Part shown: in pieces, positions 39,486-53,154 of the stretch
How positions within the stretch are numbered: the stretch's first letter is position 1
Layout of the letters: each line of letters starts with the position of its first letter
Assembly (NCBI GenBank): GCA_951406725.2
Contig: OX597820.1
Location: forward strand, 121,892,001 to 121,956,000
Direction: 5' to 3'
Length of the DNA stretch: 64,000 bases
DNA from: Octopus vulgaris
Lineage: Eukaryota
The notes under the pieces: model-generated
What the model was told of the DNA's origin: nothing
The model's input: only the letters and a program-made list of their open reading frames with translations
Database searches by the model: none
Made by a program: the position numbers and the translations under genes

Positions 39486-40548
39486 CGCTACATACCGATA
39501 ATCATCAGCGGGATTATTATCGCCTCTCATCATTTCAATATCGAGAAATTGTCAGTCAAATACTGTAAGCTGACAGAACGAATGGGTTACTCCGACATAA
39601 CCTGGCTGATGGGTTATCGCCCGTGTGGGCTGGGCTATGCCTATTTTAGTTTTTTTATATCTTTTTATTTAAATTCTATTTTTTGAAATAACCGGGATTA
39701 TTTTGTTTCCTTGGAGTTCTTTAGTTTCTGTAATTATTTTATTCAATTCCATTATTTAGAATCGTGTAACATACCTTCGCCTTGTCTTCATAGATTTCTG
39801 TTTAATTTTTGACCACGAAAGTTTGTATCGCTTTTCTATGAATGGACGCGGGTGGCCATGCTAAAGAATACACGTTTCACAATCTTAACTATTGGATAAA
39901 ATCGGAAGACAAAATAGAATTATTTAAGAGAAGGAAATATTACAACATTATGGAAGTCGATACATGCCACAAAACTGAAATGCCAACCTTAGAAATTTTA
40001 CCAACCACTTAATTCCTATTGTTGTTACAAGGAAGGTGAAGAACAGAATGAAGAGGGATAAATTCTCTTAAAGCTCTGTCCTCAAACCTCGCAAGAGTTG
40101 ACAATGTCATTTATCTTTCTGTTTCCAATAAACTCCGCAGTTGTGATGAATGCACACCACTCATTCACGCAACATCAAAAGATAAATGGAGTTGTGTCAA
40201 ACTTGGAAATAATTATAATCCTATATCTTAGTCACGAAGATATCATTGCTGTTCCCCTTAAAGACAATGACGACTGGTTGAGATATGAGGCACGGGTGGG
40301 GGTAACAGTGTGGGTACGGGTATGGCTGAAGAGGGTATCTCCGGGTAGCGAGGTCAATTATGATCTTGGATTAAGATGATTCATCTTGAGAAAGAAGGAG
40401 AAATGTAGAACCCGTTATCGGTGGATGTCGTGGTTGTAGTTCCTCTTCCTTTGAATAAGAAGGTTCGTTAAGCAGTTATCTTGATCAACGACCAATCCTT
40501 CCACCATCGAAACCACAAACCATCGGTCATCCCAAATTTCTTTCATGA

Positions 40549-40587
<39 letters not shown>

Positions 40588-40867
40588 TTTCTCTCTCATT
40601 CATTCAATCTCTCTTTACCAATTTTGTCTTTTGTGTTCAATTCACACACACAATTCGTGCGGGCGAGTCTATGCATATATACACTCATGCACACCACACA
40701 CACCACACACACAAATACAGACGCATACACACGTACAGTTCCTAAAGGAAAGCGGAAGAATTACTTAATGTGCGTATATATGTTCATGTGTATGTATTTA
40801 TATAAATGTATATTGCGTTGTATACATACATATATATACATACATACATAAATATATACATACATAC

Positions 40868-40959
<92 letters not shown>

Positions 40960-41402
40960 ATTATGATATGCATCAGATCAAAGTTAAATGAAGAGTGTCT
41001 ATAAATAATTTATGAGAAACACTATTACAACGCAACTCTTACAATGACCAGATTGTACAGAATGCTTTTAGAAATGATAGTCGCCATCTCATTGTAACAT
41101 CTTGTTGGATTCCACTCAAAGCTGCTGCTGCTGCACCAACTACTACTACTACTACTACTACTACTAGTCATTTACATACTGTTGATTAAGCAAGTCTTTG
41201 TCTGGTCACTGTCTCGCCTCTCCTCTCCTCCTTCGTCAGCCTCGGGCTTCCGATAATAATCGGTCTCAGCCGCCGTCTTTCGCCATCTCTTCTTGTCTCC
41301 TGTTGTCTCTAAAGCCCTGGCTGACAGTCTTTGGCCATTCCAGGCTCTCTCTCGCTTGTCTTTGCAACGGAGAGATATAACGCGGCCGCGCCCTCATACA
41401 TG

Positions 41403-41462
<60 letters not shown>

Positions 41463-41543
41463 AGCATACGTATACACCCGGTCACATACACGCATACACA
41501 TACATATGGTGATTCTTCACTCTGTATGTATGTTACGTTGTGC

Positions 41544-41592
<49 letters not shown>

Positions 41593-41766
41593 AGGTTATC
41601 ATTGAGATAACGTAATTGTACATGCAAATTTATGGTAATATTCTAATTAATCACTCGGGAATAACATACTGTTTGTGAACAGACCCGCATCGTCATGTTC
41701 TTATAAATAATTATTATTCTACAAGCCTTAGATTATCGTAAGGATTATTATTGTTGTTGCTGTTGT

Positions 41767-41797
<31 letters not shown>

Positions 41798-42576
41798 CCA
41801 TCATCACCATCATCATCATCATCACCACCATCATCCTCACCACCATCATCATCATCATCATACTTTATAGCGCGTAGACATGTCTTGAAGCAGGCACTCT
41901 ATGCCTTGTTACATTTCTCTGATATAAGTTTGATGTCTGTATGGTTCATTGTTATTATTATTATTATTATTGTTGTTGTTGTTGTTGTATGAATAAAGAG
42001 AACGAGAGTATAATTATTGCGCATAAATATACGTGTGTGTGTGTGTGTGTGTAAGACCCTGTTCTTACGAATCAACTTACAACATATGCGTGCATACATA
42101 CAATTCATATATACATATATTTGTGTGTCGGTATTATTAAAACCTCGTTCTCTCTCTGCATATTACGCACACATATGTGTGTACATATATGTATATACCT
42201 ATATGCATGTATGTATGAATGTATCTACATTCCCATCCACCGCAAACCCCGTTCTCTTGTCCCATTAAGAAGGAAACATTTCAGTTAATTGTTATTTGAT
42301 TCTGTTCTAAGCTTGGTAGAATTACATCTCCATATGTTTAACGTGGTGATGATGGCAGACGTTGTACACGGAGTTAATGCAGACGCTCTGTATTCACGTG
42401 TTTCTGCACTTGGTTTCAATATGCGGCACCTTGGGCAAGTGCCGCCATCTGTTCCCTGCCGTGTATCGATCGATTTTAGTATTTGACAGAAACTATGTAC
42501 GGAAAAAAAGTACAAAAGCCCAAGTGTTGAACAGTTAGACTATTTAAGTCACCACCACCACTACCCTCTGGCAATT

Positions 42577-42787
42577 ACTCTTTTACTCTTTTACTTGTTT
42601 CAGTCATTTGACTGCGGCCATGCTGGAGCACCGCCTTTAGTCGAGTAAATCGACCCCGGGACATATTCTTTGTAAGCCCAGTACTTATTCTACCGGTCTC
42701 TTTTTGCCGAACCGCGAAGTCACGGGGACGTAAACACACCAGCATCGGTTGTCAAGCAATGCTAGGGGGACAAACACAAACACACAA

Positions 42788-42872
<85 letters not shown>

Positions 42873-42910
42873 TACGACAGGCTTCTTTCAGTTTCCGTCT
42901 ACCAAATCCA
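42577..42910 (-). mobile_element. SINE family A, 5'-truncated, with expanded internal (CA)(TA)
   Basis: High similarity to 9781-10050; (TTTACTC)n tail. Confidence 0.9.
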
Positions 42911-43247
42911 ATTAGTGATCTACAATTGTGTCTACTTTGAAGCAGTTAGTAGAATATCTTTATTGCGCAGTTTCTGAAGATGACTCGATAACTTGAGACG
43001 CTACCCTAAATTAAAATAAGCTTCGATCCGTGTTTTCCCCTTCCATTCATCTTCCTTAGTTTCTTTAACCCTGCATAATATCGTGGCCGCTTTCTGTTTC
43101 CTTCTGAGATGTATAAAAGCGCTTCCAATCTTGAGAATATGAAAGAGGAGACTGGTGTTTTGATTGCACACGCGAGTTTTCTCCATGTCGCCGAAAATTG
43201 CTGGCCTTGTGCGAAGATGTGAAATCATTATTATTATTGTTATTGCG

Positions 43248-43567
43248 TGAGGGAGCAGCTCGGTGCCATCAAATATACGAAACCCAATATACCCATTATG
43301 ACTACCCGTAGTCCATCCCGCTCAAAAGGTCCCTGAATAAGGGTTGTTTAGGGATGTTGAACGAAACACCTATCAGAGACGCACATATCGTCAGCCACCA
43401 AGGGACATGATCAACTGGTTACGGTCAAACAACTGACAAGAAAATCTGTGGTATTGAGCAGAATATTTGCTGTAGCCCATCTTTTATACCAATACAAGGC
43501 AAGTACATGATAACACTTCCAATCAGTTAAGATCAGAAGCCACGAGAACCGGGTACTGCATCAGGGC

Positions 43568-43570
<3 letters not shown>
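43248..43570 (-). mobile_element. Internally deleted copy of the (TAA)n-associated repeat
   Basis: Retains both ends of 1049-1594 with several internal deletions; ATT repeats on both sides. Confidence 0.85.
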
Positions 43571-43600
<30 letters not shown>

Positions 43601-43673
43601 CATCATCATCACCATCACCATCATCATCATCATCATCATCATCATCATTATCATCATCATCATCATTATTATT

Positions 43674-43714
<41 letters not shown>

Positions 43715-45159
43715 CATTATTATTATTATTATCATTATTATTATGTATGAGAATGTCTTAAAACTTTGGGAGTAATTTCTTGAAATAAGGATTCTTACTT
43801 CACTGGGTGGGTGGGATCGAAGGGGTGGACACCAAATGGAAGCGGCATGAAACCTTTTTCTGCAAACAAAAGTTTCAGTCTTTTGTCATTGCTTTGTATG
43901 ACTGGAATCATGTTATTACCAGACAATCCGTCGTCTAGAATCTGCGACGTAGTGGCAGTGGAAGCATGAATTCTTTACGACTTGGAGTAGAAGCGTTAAT
44001 TCTTCTCTTCATTCAGACTCCAGTGACGCCTCTAGCAGCAGCAGCAGCTTTTCCCAACGCCTATCTATCAGCAAAGCAGATCGACAGAGTGGGAATCTTG
44101 TTTAAGTCTAAGGCCATCGCAGTAGAACAATACTCAATGGTCGTCTGCCTTAGTGATGAACGAACTCACTTTGTCGGGAAGAAGGATGATGAAGCCAGTA
44201 AGACTAAGGGTAACACCAGAGCTACATCTCTAGAAAAAAGGGCGGATCCAACCTTGAGAATATGGAGCCAATGTGTTTTAATTGCATTCAACAAAATTCT
44301 TTCAAACAGATTATTCCTAACAGTCAACAACTGCTCTTGGGGAACTAACAACAACATTTATAGCAACAATAATACATTCAAGGTCTCCGTATGTCACTCG
44401 AGACTATAGATGTGGCCCTGGAACTTATCTCTTCAAAGCATAAGCTTAGAAAATATTACTAGTATGGATGGTGTTGGATGGAGAGCGATGCTCTTCTACA
44501 TGTGAATAGAAGGAAGCGAGAGAACTGATCTGAATCGACAATGGAAGTACTTCTACACGTAAAACCGGAGCATGTGGAAAGGATCCCGGGCATCATCTCC
44601 CTGCCGAATGGGTTGGAGCAGCGATGAATTGTGTGGCGCAGATGTTTATGGTGCCATGTGTGTAGAATAACGAACCCTCTCACAGCTCTCTACAAACACA
44701 ACCAAAATGCTGGCACAAATAGGCATCAGAATACATGCACATACCTAGGTACATATCTCTATGATTTTGTGCTTTTGTGCATTGTTGCTGCCGCTGCTTG
44801 TAAGATCGCAGCGTATGAGGAAGTCTGCGCAGCGGAAGTGAATCGCCTGCTACACACGTATATGAGAAACCTGTAAATGTATATATGTGTACGTATACAT
44901 ATACGTATATACATATACAAATATAGGCATATATTTTGTGTGTGTGTGTGTGTTTGTATGTGCGTGCCTATATATATATATATACACTAATTCAAAAATG
45001 TATTTATACATGTAGATACACATTCACACCCCCACATACCAACGTGCGCACACACACACATATACATGGATAAATAGACAGACAGACAGATACCTGGATG
45101 AATAGGCGGACAGATAGTCAGACGGACAGATATATACGTATTATATATATATATATATA

Positions 45160-45263
45160 TATAGATAGATAGATAGATAGATAGATATAGAGATAGATAG
45201 ATAGATAGATAGATAGATATAGAGATAGATAGATAGATAGATAGTAGATAGATAGATATAGAT

Positions 45264-45308
<45 letters not shown>

Positions 45309-45310
45309 CA
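45160..45310. repeat. (GATA)n microsatellite
   Basis: Seen directly. Confidence 0.95.
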
Positions 45311-45907
45311 GACTTCTGTATATGCATACTGGTTTGGCATTAAATCGATAAGAATCTGAAGATATATGTATGTACATGTGTATATATGCGTGCGTGTGTA
45401 TGTGTGTGTGTATTATGCATGTTTATATGTGTACATCTATCATGTATGCTACATGTATATGATTACGTGTGTATGTGTGAGCAGTTAAGTTGTGTGTTTT
45501 ATAAGTAGGAAGATGGTTGTGTTTGACAAAAAAAAAACAGAAAAGGTATTTCCATTCGGTGTCAGTAGAGATCAGTCTCTAGTGAAAACAACAACATTAT
45601 GGTGTTGACAGAGATAAAGTCAGCCGGCGGCCAAAGGTGCCAGCTTATATTTTGGTCAGATAAATAAACGAGATGTTTGTGAGATGAGAGTTAGAAGGTA
45701 AAGAGAGACAAAATGGGGGAAATGCAGAAAGAGAGAAACGTGAGGAATGGAAATGAGGAGCGAGTAATATAGATGCAGAGCGTTCCGACATCCACATCGG
45801 ACGGTATGTCTGTCTGTTTGTATGTATGTGTGTGTATGTATACACGAGTGTGTTTATATGTATCTATGAATGGCTTCACGTGCATGTATGTGTATATGTC
45901 ATACATA

Positions 45908-46004
<97 letters not shown>

Positions 46005-46536
46005 ATATATCAATTTCTATCTAATGTATATAGAGACAGACAGATAGACAAATGCAAATATACATACATATATACATACCTGCATATTGCTGTATATGTT
46101 TTACATATATTATATGAATACATATGTATACACACTCATACACACACATACACACAGGTATATATATATATATGTGTTTATATTCATGTGTGTTTGACTG
46201 TATGTGTGTCTTAGTATATGTGAGCATCTGTTTTCTTTTGTATGGCGATGTATACATTTGAACTTTTCTGTATGTAAATGTTACGGGATTTTCTCTCTGT
46301 TTTCTGTATACATGTGACTGAGTTCTTGAGTTTTGAGTGTGTGTGTGCGTGCGTGTGTGTGTGCGTGAGGCAGTGAGTGAGAGAGCGTTTCTGCGCGAGA
46401 TGTGCCGGTGATTTGCTGGAAGCTACAAACGTCTAGTTGAAGAGAAAGTGTTAGCTGTGGGTGCGTTGTAGGGGTTTGCATACATCTGCATGTGTCTGTG
46501 ACGCATTTATATATAGAATAAAACAAATACATGCAT

Positions 46537-46575
<39 letters not shown>

Positions 46576-46699
46576 CTCTCTCTCTCAAAAGTGTAAACAC
46601 AATTTCAATGTGTAAAAGAAGGGTTTCTATTTACACCTTGATTTCTCAGTCCCTCGTCATAAGGGTGTGAATGTATACATACGTATTCTTGTATATGTT

Positions 46700-46800
46700 T
46701 CATTCATTTGATCTCGGTCATGCTGGAGCACCGTCTTTAGTCCAACAAATCGATCCCAGGACTTATACTCTGTAAGGCTATTACTTATTCTATCGGTCTC
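46700..46800 (-). mobile_element. SINE family A 3' fragment
   Basis: CATGCTGGAGCACCG...TACTTATTCTATCGGTCTC. Confidence 0.8.
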
Positions 46801-46849
46801 TTCCCCACCATACGTACTATACTTCCCCAACCTTCAGTGTTTTTAAATG

Positions 46850-47020
46850 AGAAATCTCCCTATAAATCGCATGACCCTAGTAAAACTATTTGGTTTGTTA
46901 TTCCATACGGAAAACAAATAAAAGGTAACCTTCCTAACCTGTTTCGTCAAGCCATCGAAAGGAACTTTCCCAAAGATTGCAGGTACCCCTCCATTCTCAA
47001 CGCACATCGTATCCGAATTG
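46850..47020 (+). mobile_element. Penelope-like RT C-terminal fragment
   Basis: TIWFVIPYGKQIKGNLPNLFRQAIERNFPKDCRYPSILNAHRIRIG resembles the PLE motif IIWFNPPY...FL..I.KHFP...KIFN. Confidence 0.6.
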
Positions 47021-47215
47021 GTTCAGCTTCTCTGTGCAGATTTATAAGTCCGTATGTACGCAGTATTTGTAATGTGCGGGTTAACTCATTGATTTCTTTT
47101 TTCTGAAAACCTTGGCATTTCCAGATTCTCACGTACGCGTAAACTCACAAAACCAGTTGCATCAATTATTATCTGCATACATACGGACTTATAAATCTGC
47201 ATAGAGAAGCTGAAC
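47021..47215. mobile_element. 195-bp MITE-like element with 43-bp terminal inverted repeats
   Basis: 47021-47063 is the reverse complement of 47173-47215 (2 mismatches). No clear TSD. Confidence 0.7.
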
Positions 47216-47923
47216 TTTTCGAATCAGTTTTCCATAATAATCCTTTCCGTGATTTTCGAGGAGATATTCTCAACTGCTGGGATGGCTGAATTCTATGAAG
47301 AGACAACATTTTTATATTTTATTTTTACCTATTTTACTATATTTTATTATATTTAATCTGCTCTATTATCTTAATAGAATTTCCCACATGCTAGTTTCCT
47401 AAAATTTATACTTCCTGAAGAAGCTTTGAGGCTCAACCATTATCCAATCTCTTTCCAATATTTGTTCATCCCTGTATATCACTGGCGTGATGGGGATGAC
47501 TTGAAAGCTTCTGAGGCCGCATGGTAGAAACGGCCGTAAGTGATTTGTAGCTTTACACTTATCTATTATTATTTATTCATCTCTCTCTATATATATATAT
47601 ATCTGTTTACGTATTTATTGGCTGATCTCATTCGTTTACTTCTACCACTTGAACACATGTTTGTTATCATTTAAAAAATAGATATAATGGAATGTTTACT
47701 GACTGATGTTTGTCGATTCTATATCCTCTCCATTTTCTTATTTGCCTTATAAATCCTGGGTAAATTTCCAATTTACACCCGCCCATCCTTTGTATTCAAT
47801 TGCAATATTACCATATAATAGAAAACACTTGGTTAAAAATACGTAGGTACACATCCAGTAGTTTATTGGATATTTAATATCCCTTGGATGGTTTATTAAC
47901 CTCTAACTCATACAGACACACAC

Positions 47924-47962
<39 letters not shown>

Positions 47963-48307
47963 TGTATGTGTGTCTGTATAATGGATTGCATCATAAAAAT
48001 GTGATTGTGGCCATTTAAGAAAGAGCAATCCTGATATTCACCTGCACTTTATTTATGAGTAGTGCAGTATATGGTGAAGTGTAAGAAGGTTTCGTCGCAC
48101 CTTCCTGACCTGGCCACTGACGCAACTCCTTTGCAATGGGAAAGACATTCAGAGAAATTTTGACAAGGGCCAGGTCAATGACAAAATATTTCCCTGTTCT
48201 TCAATACTTTCAATAAACTCAGCACGGAATTGTTTCTTTCCGAACTACAGACACACAGCAAATAACATGCCCCTATAAGTAGAACAACCATATACATACA
48301 CATATAA

Positions 48308-48373
<66 letters not shown>

Positions 48374-48374
<1 letters not shown>

Positions 48375-48581
48375 AAGTTAATCCAAACAAGAAAACACAA
48401 AAAAACACAACAACGCGAGGACGTGGAACAAATATAGTATTATTGGACGCTCAGGAAAGAAGGGAAGAAGGAGGGCTTAACGTTTCGAGCGGAGCTCTTC
48501 GTCGGAAACATAGGAGAAGGAAAGATCCAGAGAAGGGAAGACAGAGGGAAAAAAATCGCCAACGGTACACACGAGGTACAT
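48374..48581 (-). mobile_element. Short Penelope-like non-autonomous repeat with a minimal hammerhead motif (second subfamily)
   Basis: Minus strand 48475-48509 reads GTTT-CCGACGA-A-GAGC-TCC-GCTC-GAAAC-GT-T-AAGC. Preceded by (TA)n. Confidence 0.7.
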
Positions 48582-49142
48582 GTATGTGAATATACGTATG
48601 TACTTGTATATATATATATGCATACACATAGATATATTAACATGTTCATACATATATCTGTGAGTGTGTGTATGTATGCAAGGATGCACACCTGCATAAA
48701 TTATTTATACACATGCGTACACCGCCACGCAAGCACACATATATGTCTTCTCTGTATGTGCGTTAGATTCTTTGTGCATACGGAGATGTTTAGGGTATAT
48801 GTGAGCGTATTTATATGTGGAACTCCGTATCAATAAGATTTTCCATTAAACAAGCAATTAAGAAGGAATGAAGGTAAGCCTAATCAATAAATAAATAAAC
48901 ACAAAGAACGCATTCAAATATTTAAGTTCTCACAAAAACAGCACTGCCTTCACCGCCATAGATGAATATACATAGACACACAGACACATACACAGTCACT
49001 CAGAGAAATGTATATCTATACATACATGTACAAAAACTCATCTGCGTTTGTACGTATGTACGAAGGTTAATGCAATTACATTGAAGCTGAAGCAAACACT
49101 GTCGAGGTTTGGTATTTTTATTAATATTTCAATGTTTGTCAT

Positions 49143-49300
49143 GGTGGTGAGCTGGCGGAATTGTCATGACGCCGGATAAAATGCTTAGTGACAATTCGTT
49201 CGTCTTTACGTTCTGAGTACAAATTCCGCCGAGCTCAGTTGTACCTTCCGTCATTTCGGGATCGAAGTTCCAAGCTGAACACTGGCGTCGATGTAATCGA
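49143..49300 (+). mobile_element. Degenerate SINE family C
   Basis: GGTGAGCTGGCGGAA...CTTTACGTTCTGAGTACAAATTCCGCCGAG. Confidence 0.75.
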
Positions 49301-49593
49301 TTTTGCCCGATTCCCTTGAAATTATTTTGCTGACCTTGTGCCGGAATTCCCTCTTTTATATTTTAAGGCTTCCTTTCTCTCGTCATTCATTACGTCACTC
49401 ATTACGTCACTCATTACGTTTTGAATTTAAATTGTGCCGAGGGCGACATTGCTCTTCTCCCTTTCCAAATCGATGAAACAAATACCAGCCGTATACTGGG
49501 TTTGATGTAAGCAACTTGCCCCACCTCCCCTCACAATTTCACGCCTTGTGTCTATACTATACACAACTATTATTACTTTTATTATTATTATTA

Positions 49594-49667
<74 letters not shown>

Positions 49668-51034
49668 GTTTATTGATGCCATTAATAGTGTTGTTGTCTA
49701 TATAAGTATGACAATTATAGTTCGGTTTACAGTCACCGACACAGCCATCATACACACTTCCATACGACTCGCAAAGATAAATAGATAGCTAGATAGATAG
49801 ATACCTACCTATCTACATACATACGCAAACATAGCTGGTATATAAATATATATGTCTATAGATATATGTGTGTGTATATATCTATCTATATGTATGTATA
49901 TTTATATATATATATATATGTATGTATGTATGTAAGTATGTATGTATGTATGTATATAGAAACACGCAAGAACACACACACAAATACACATATATGTACA
50001 ATTATATATATTTGTGCGTGTAATTATGTATGTATATACATACACGTATATGTATATATGCACTATATATGCGTGTGTGTGTGAGTATACATTTACAGAG
50101 ACATACGCAAATATATATATATATTTATATATATACGCATATATACCTATATGTATATATATATATGTATATATGTGTCTAGATGTATATATATTATGCT
50201 TCTCTAATAAAATGTTTTAGGAAATGATTAGTACTCTCAGTGAATGCCACAAATAATATAATCATTCGACTTTGATCTTTCATTTTAACGGCAGCCGAGT
50301 AAAATTACATTTCCTTGCGACGCCTAATGAAGCATGACTGGAAATATAGACTGAAAATATATATTTTATATTAAATTTGATCGACGTTAACAAAGGACTT
50401 AGTAAGTAACTAGTGTGTGTATATATATATATACATATATATACATGTATGTTTACAACCAAACAAATTCTACAGAGGCCGGTGTTGTTCTGCGTCGGTA
50501 AGATTGTATGGTTTTGTAAAATCAACAAAAAACATAGTTAATTTACCGTTGAGATTAGAAGAGATGACGTTTCGGACCGATTCCTTCTTCAGGAAAAAGA
50601 ATTGAAAGGTTTCCAGTCCCCTTGACTGTAATCGTTTTGATGAACACGTAAATATATGTGAGAGTTTATGTATATGTGTGTGTGCGTGTACGTGTAAGCA
50701 CGCATGCGTGCTCGTTTGTATACCCTGGTATGAATAAAAATATTGTGTGTGTATTTACTTCAAAAATATTGTGTGTATATCAACTTCACTAGCTTACACC
50801 TGTTTCTGCTCCAAGATTCTGAGTCCAATGCACTCAGATCTGTGCATCACCTTATCATGTCCCCGGATCTTCTAAAATGAAGGGCTTGCTTATTTGGGAA
50901 ATTATGTGCATGTATAGCGAAATCATACGTATGAGTGTGTGTATGTGTGTGTTATGTGTGTGAAAACCAGAGTAACCATTTTCGGTACTAGACCTTTACG
51001 TAATCTATCCCTGTTTCATTGTTTCATTGTGCAC

Positions 51035-51830
51035 TCCGATTCCAAAAAGATGAGCGCAGTGTTTCAGCAGCATTTTACCGACCTGTTTTCGAGGAGTGGC
51101 ATTCTTGACACAGCAGGATTTGAGGCTCATCCCGAGAATATGCTGCGCCTATTGGACAAGGATATCCAGCGCTGCGAGAAGCCGACGTCAGTGGAGGAAG
51201 TGGAAGACGTATTGGGCCGATGCGTGGGGCACAAATCATTAGGATTAGATGGTCTAACCTATGAACTATATCAGACTTGTTTGCGCAGGTTCTAGCAGCT
51301 GTCTCCAAACGGCAACAAATAGAAAGCATTCCCTGTCGTATGAGGAAGGTAGTGGCGACGCTGCTGAGAAAGGATCCGAATAAGGAGGATGTGACTGAAA
51401 ACTTCAGTCCCATAACTCTACTCAACACTGATTTAAAGATTTTAGCTAAGGCGTTCGCCAAGAGGCTGGCACTTGTTATCGGTAATATAGTCTGGAATGC
51501 ACAAACGTGTGCGATCCTTGGTAGATCTATCCCCGACAATCTCCACCTCATGCGATACATCGTAGGAGGGGCACTGGTCAATTTGGACCATCTCAAAGCT
51601 TTTGACAGGGCGGACCATCGTTATCTGCTGTCTGTCTTAAAAGATATTGGTCTCAGATGTTGAATCACCACAATGTATAGTGGCATCTGCTCGGTTGTCA
51701 AATTGAATTGCCACCTCTTGGCAACATTCAGTATTGAACGCTCGGTACGCCAAGGATATATATTAGCTTTGAACCCTTGCTGCAAAGTATGGAGTATTTG
51801 AAGGGTAACCTGCTGGAATTAGGTCAATGA
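51035..51830 (+). mobile_element. L1/Tx1-like LINE reverse transcriptase fragment (pseudogenised)
   Basis: KSLGLDGLTYELY, NFSPITLLNTDLKILAK, QTCAILGRSIPDNL, LDHLKAFDRADH and FSIERSVRQG, with frameshifts and stops. Confidence 0.9.
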
Positions 51831-52588
51831 CTATTCATCTTATTTTTCATTGTTATTTTCTATTTTCTCTTTTATTTTTTATTTGATATGTTAGTATTTT
51901 CTCTCGATTTCATTATTTTTTCTCTTTTTTCTCTCCTCCTTCCCCTTCTTCGCCTTCTTTCTTCCTTTGTTTTGTTGCTGTTGTTCTTCTTCTTTGCAGT
52001 TGTATTCTTTATATATATAATTTTTATTTTTATTTATTTAATTTTTTTATATATTTTTATATTTTTATATTCTTTTCTCTTTTCTGTGTATATTTTTTGT
52101 ATGTATAGTTGTAAGAAAAGATCTTTTGCTCTTTAAGCAACCAGTAAAACATACATTTTTCAGTTTGAAAACGGCTACGTGAAAGCTTGAAACTCATATA
52201 ATGGCTGCGTACACGTAAGACGAGTGTGGCCATCGCGGAGCAATTATTTCTTAGCCATGCCCAACCGAGCTTTTAAAGTGGAATGCAACTCAACGAACAC
52301 CCCACCGACTCTCATTTGAAATAACCAAAATCCCAGACACAAGGAAAATGCAAGATATCCTGCTCAGTAGAGCAACCCGCTTCACATACGCGCTAACCTT
52401 CTCCGAGAAGGATCCCTTGACAGAGACTAGGATTCTCTCACTCCCAGTGGGCTTTCTACACCCAAGTGTATGACTGGTTGGAATACATATGTACTAACAT
52501 ACATGTATACATCACTGGATGGCCGCTCGATCGCTTCAGTTCTTTTGGCCTTTGTCGGATTTTGTTTGTTTTGTTTTTTATCCCGCAG

Positions 52589-52671
52589 AGTGTGCAATGC
52601 ATTCTCCGTTCTCACCAAGAAAATTCGGCGGCGTAACCGGTTTAGCCACCGATGGCCCGACCATACGTCAG
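52589..52671 (+). CDS. Candidate 83-nt internal exon of an unidentified host gene
   Basis: Long T-rich tract ending CGCAG, then an open frame CAMHSPFSPRKFGGVTGLATDGPTIRQ, then CAG|GTTGTA (weak donor). GC-rich and non-repetitive; protein not recognised. Confidence 0.3.
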
Positions 52672-52704
52672 GTTGTACTTGCAGTGTTTGAGAGCGACCT
52701 GGCA

Positions 52705-52955
52705 TATATGTGTGTCCGTGTATATGTGTGTCTGCGTGTTTGTGTGCATGTGTGTGTGTGTGTTTGTGTGTATGTGTGAGTGTGTGTGTATGTGTGTGTG
52801 TGTGAGTGTGTGTGTATGTGTGTGTGTGTGTGTGTTTGTGTGCATGTGTGTGTGTGTGTGTGTGTATGTGTGTGTGTGTGTGTATGTGTGTGTGTGTGTG
52901 TGTGTTTGTTTGTGTGTGTGTGTGTGTGTGTGTGGGTGTGTGTGTGTGCGTGCAC
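52705..52955. repeat. (TG)n array
   Basis: Seen directly. Confidence 0.95.
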
Positions 52956-53114
52956 AAGTTAATATGAATTTAATTGCAACAGTTTTGCTCTTCAGTGCCT
53001 CTCATCGTGGCAATCCAAGACGTTCTTTGATATTTTTGTATTAAGAATCGCTGCCAAATTTTCTGTGAAACAAAGTATTTGGTCTTAAATTTGAGGAAAA
53101 TAATACGTTGGAGT

Positions 53115-53154
<40 letters not shown>

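Noticed and set aside
43800-44680. Possible LINE endonuclease fragment or host exon (ORF 43966..44409)
   Set aside because: No convincing motif in any frame I read; left unclassified.
47410-47545. Hammerhead (CTGAAGA...GAAACGGCCGTA)
   Set aside because: Core halves and a palindromic stem III are present, but I could not pair stem I or stem II; at most a decayed remnant.
50939-51830. Functional reverse transcriptase gene or retron-like system
   Set aside because: Frameshifted and truncated before the catalytic YADD motif; an ordinary dead Tx1/L1 fragment.
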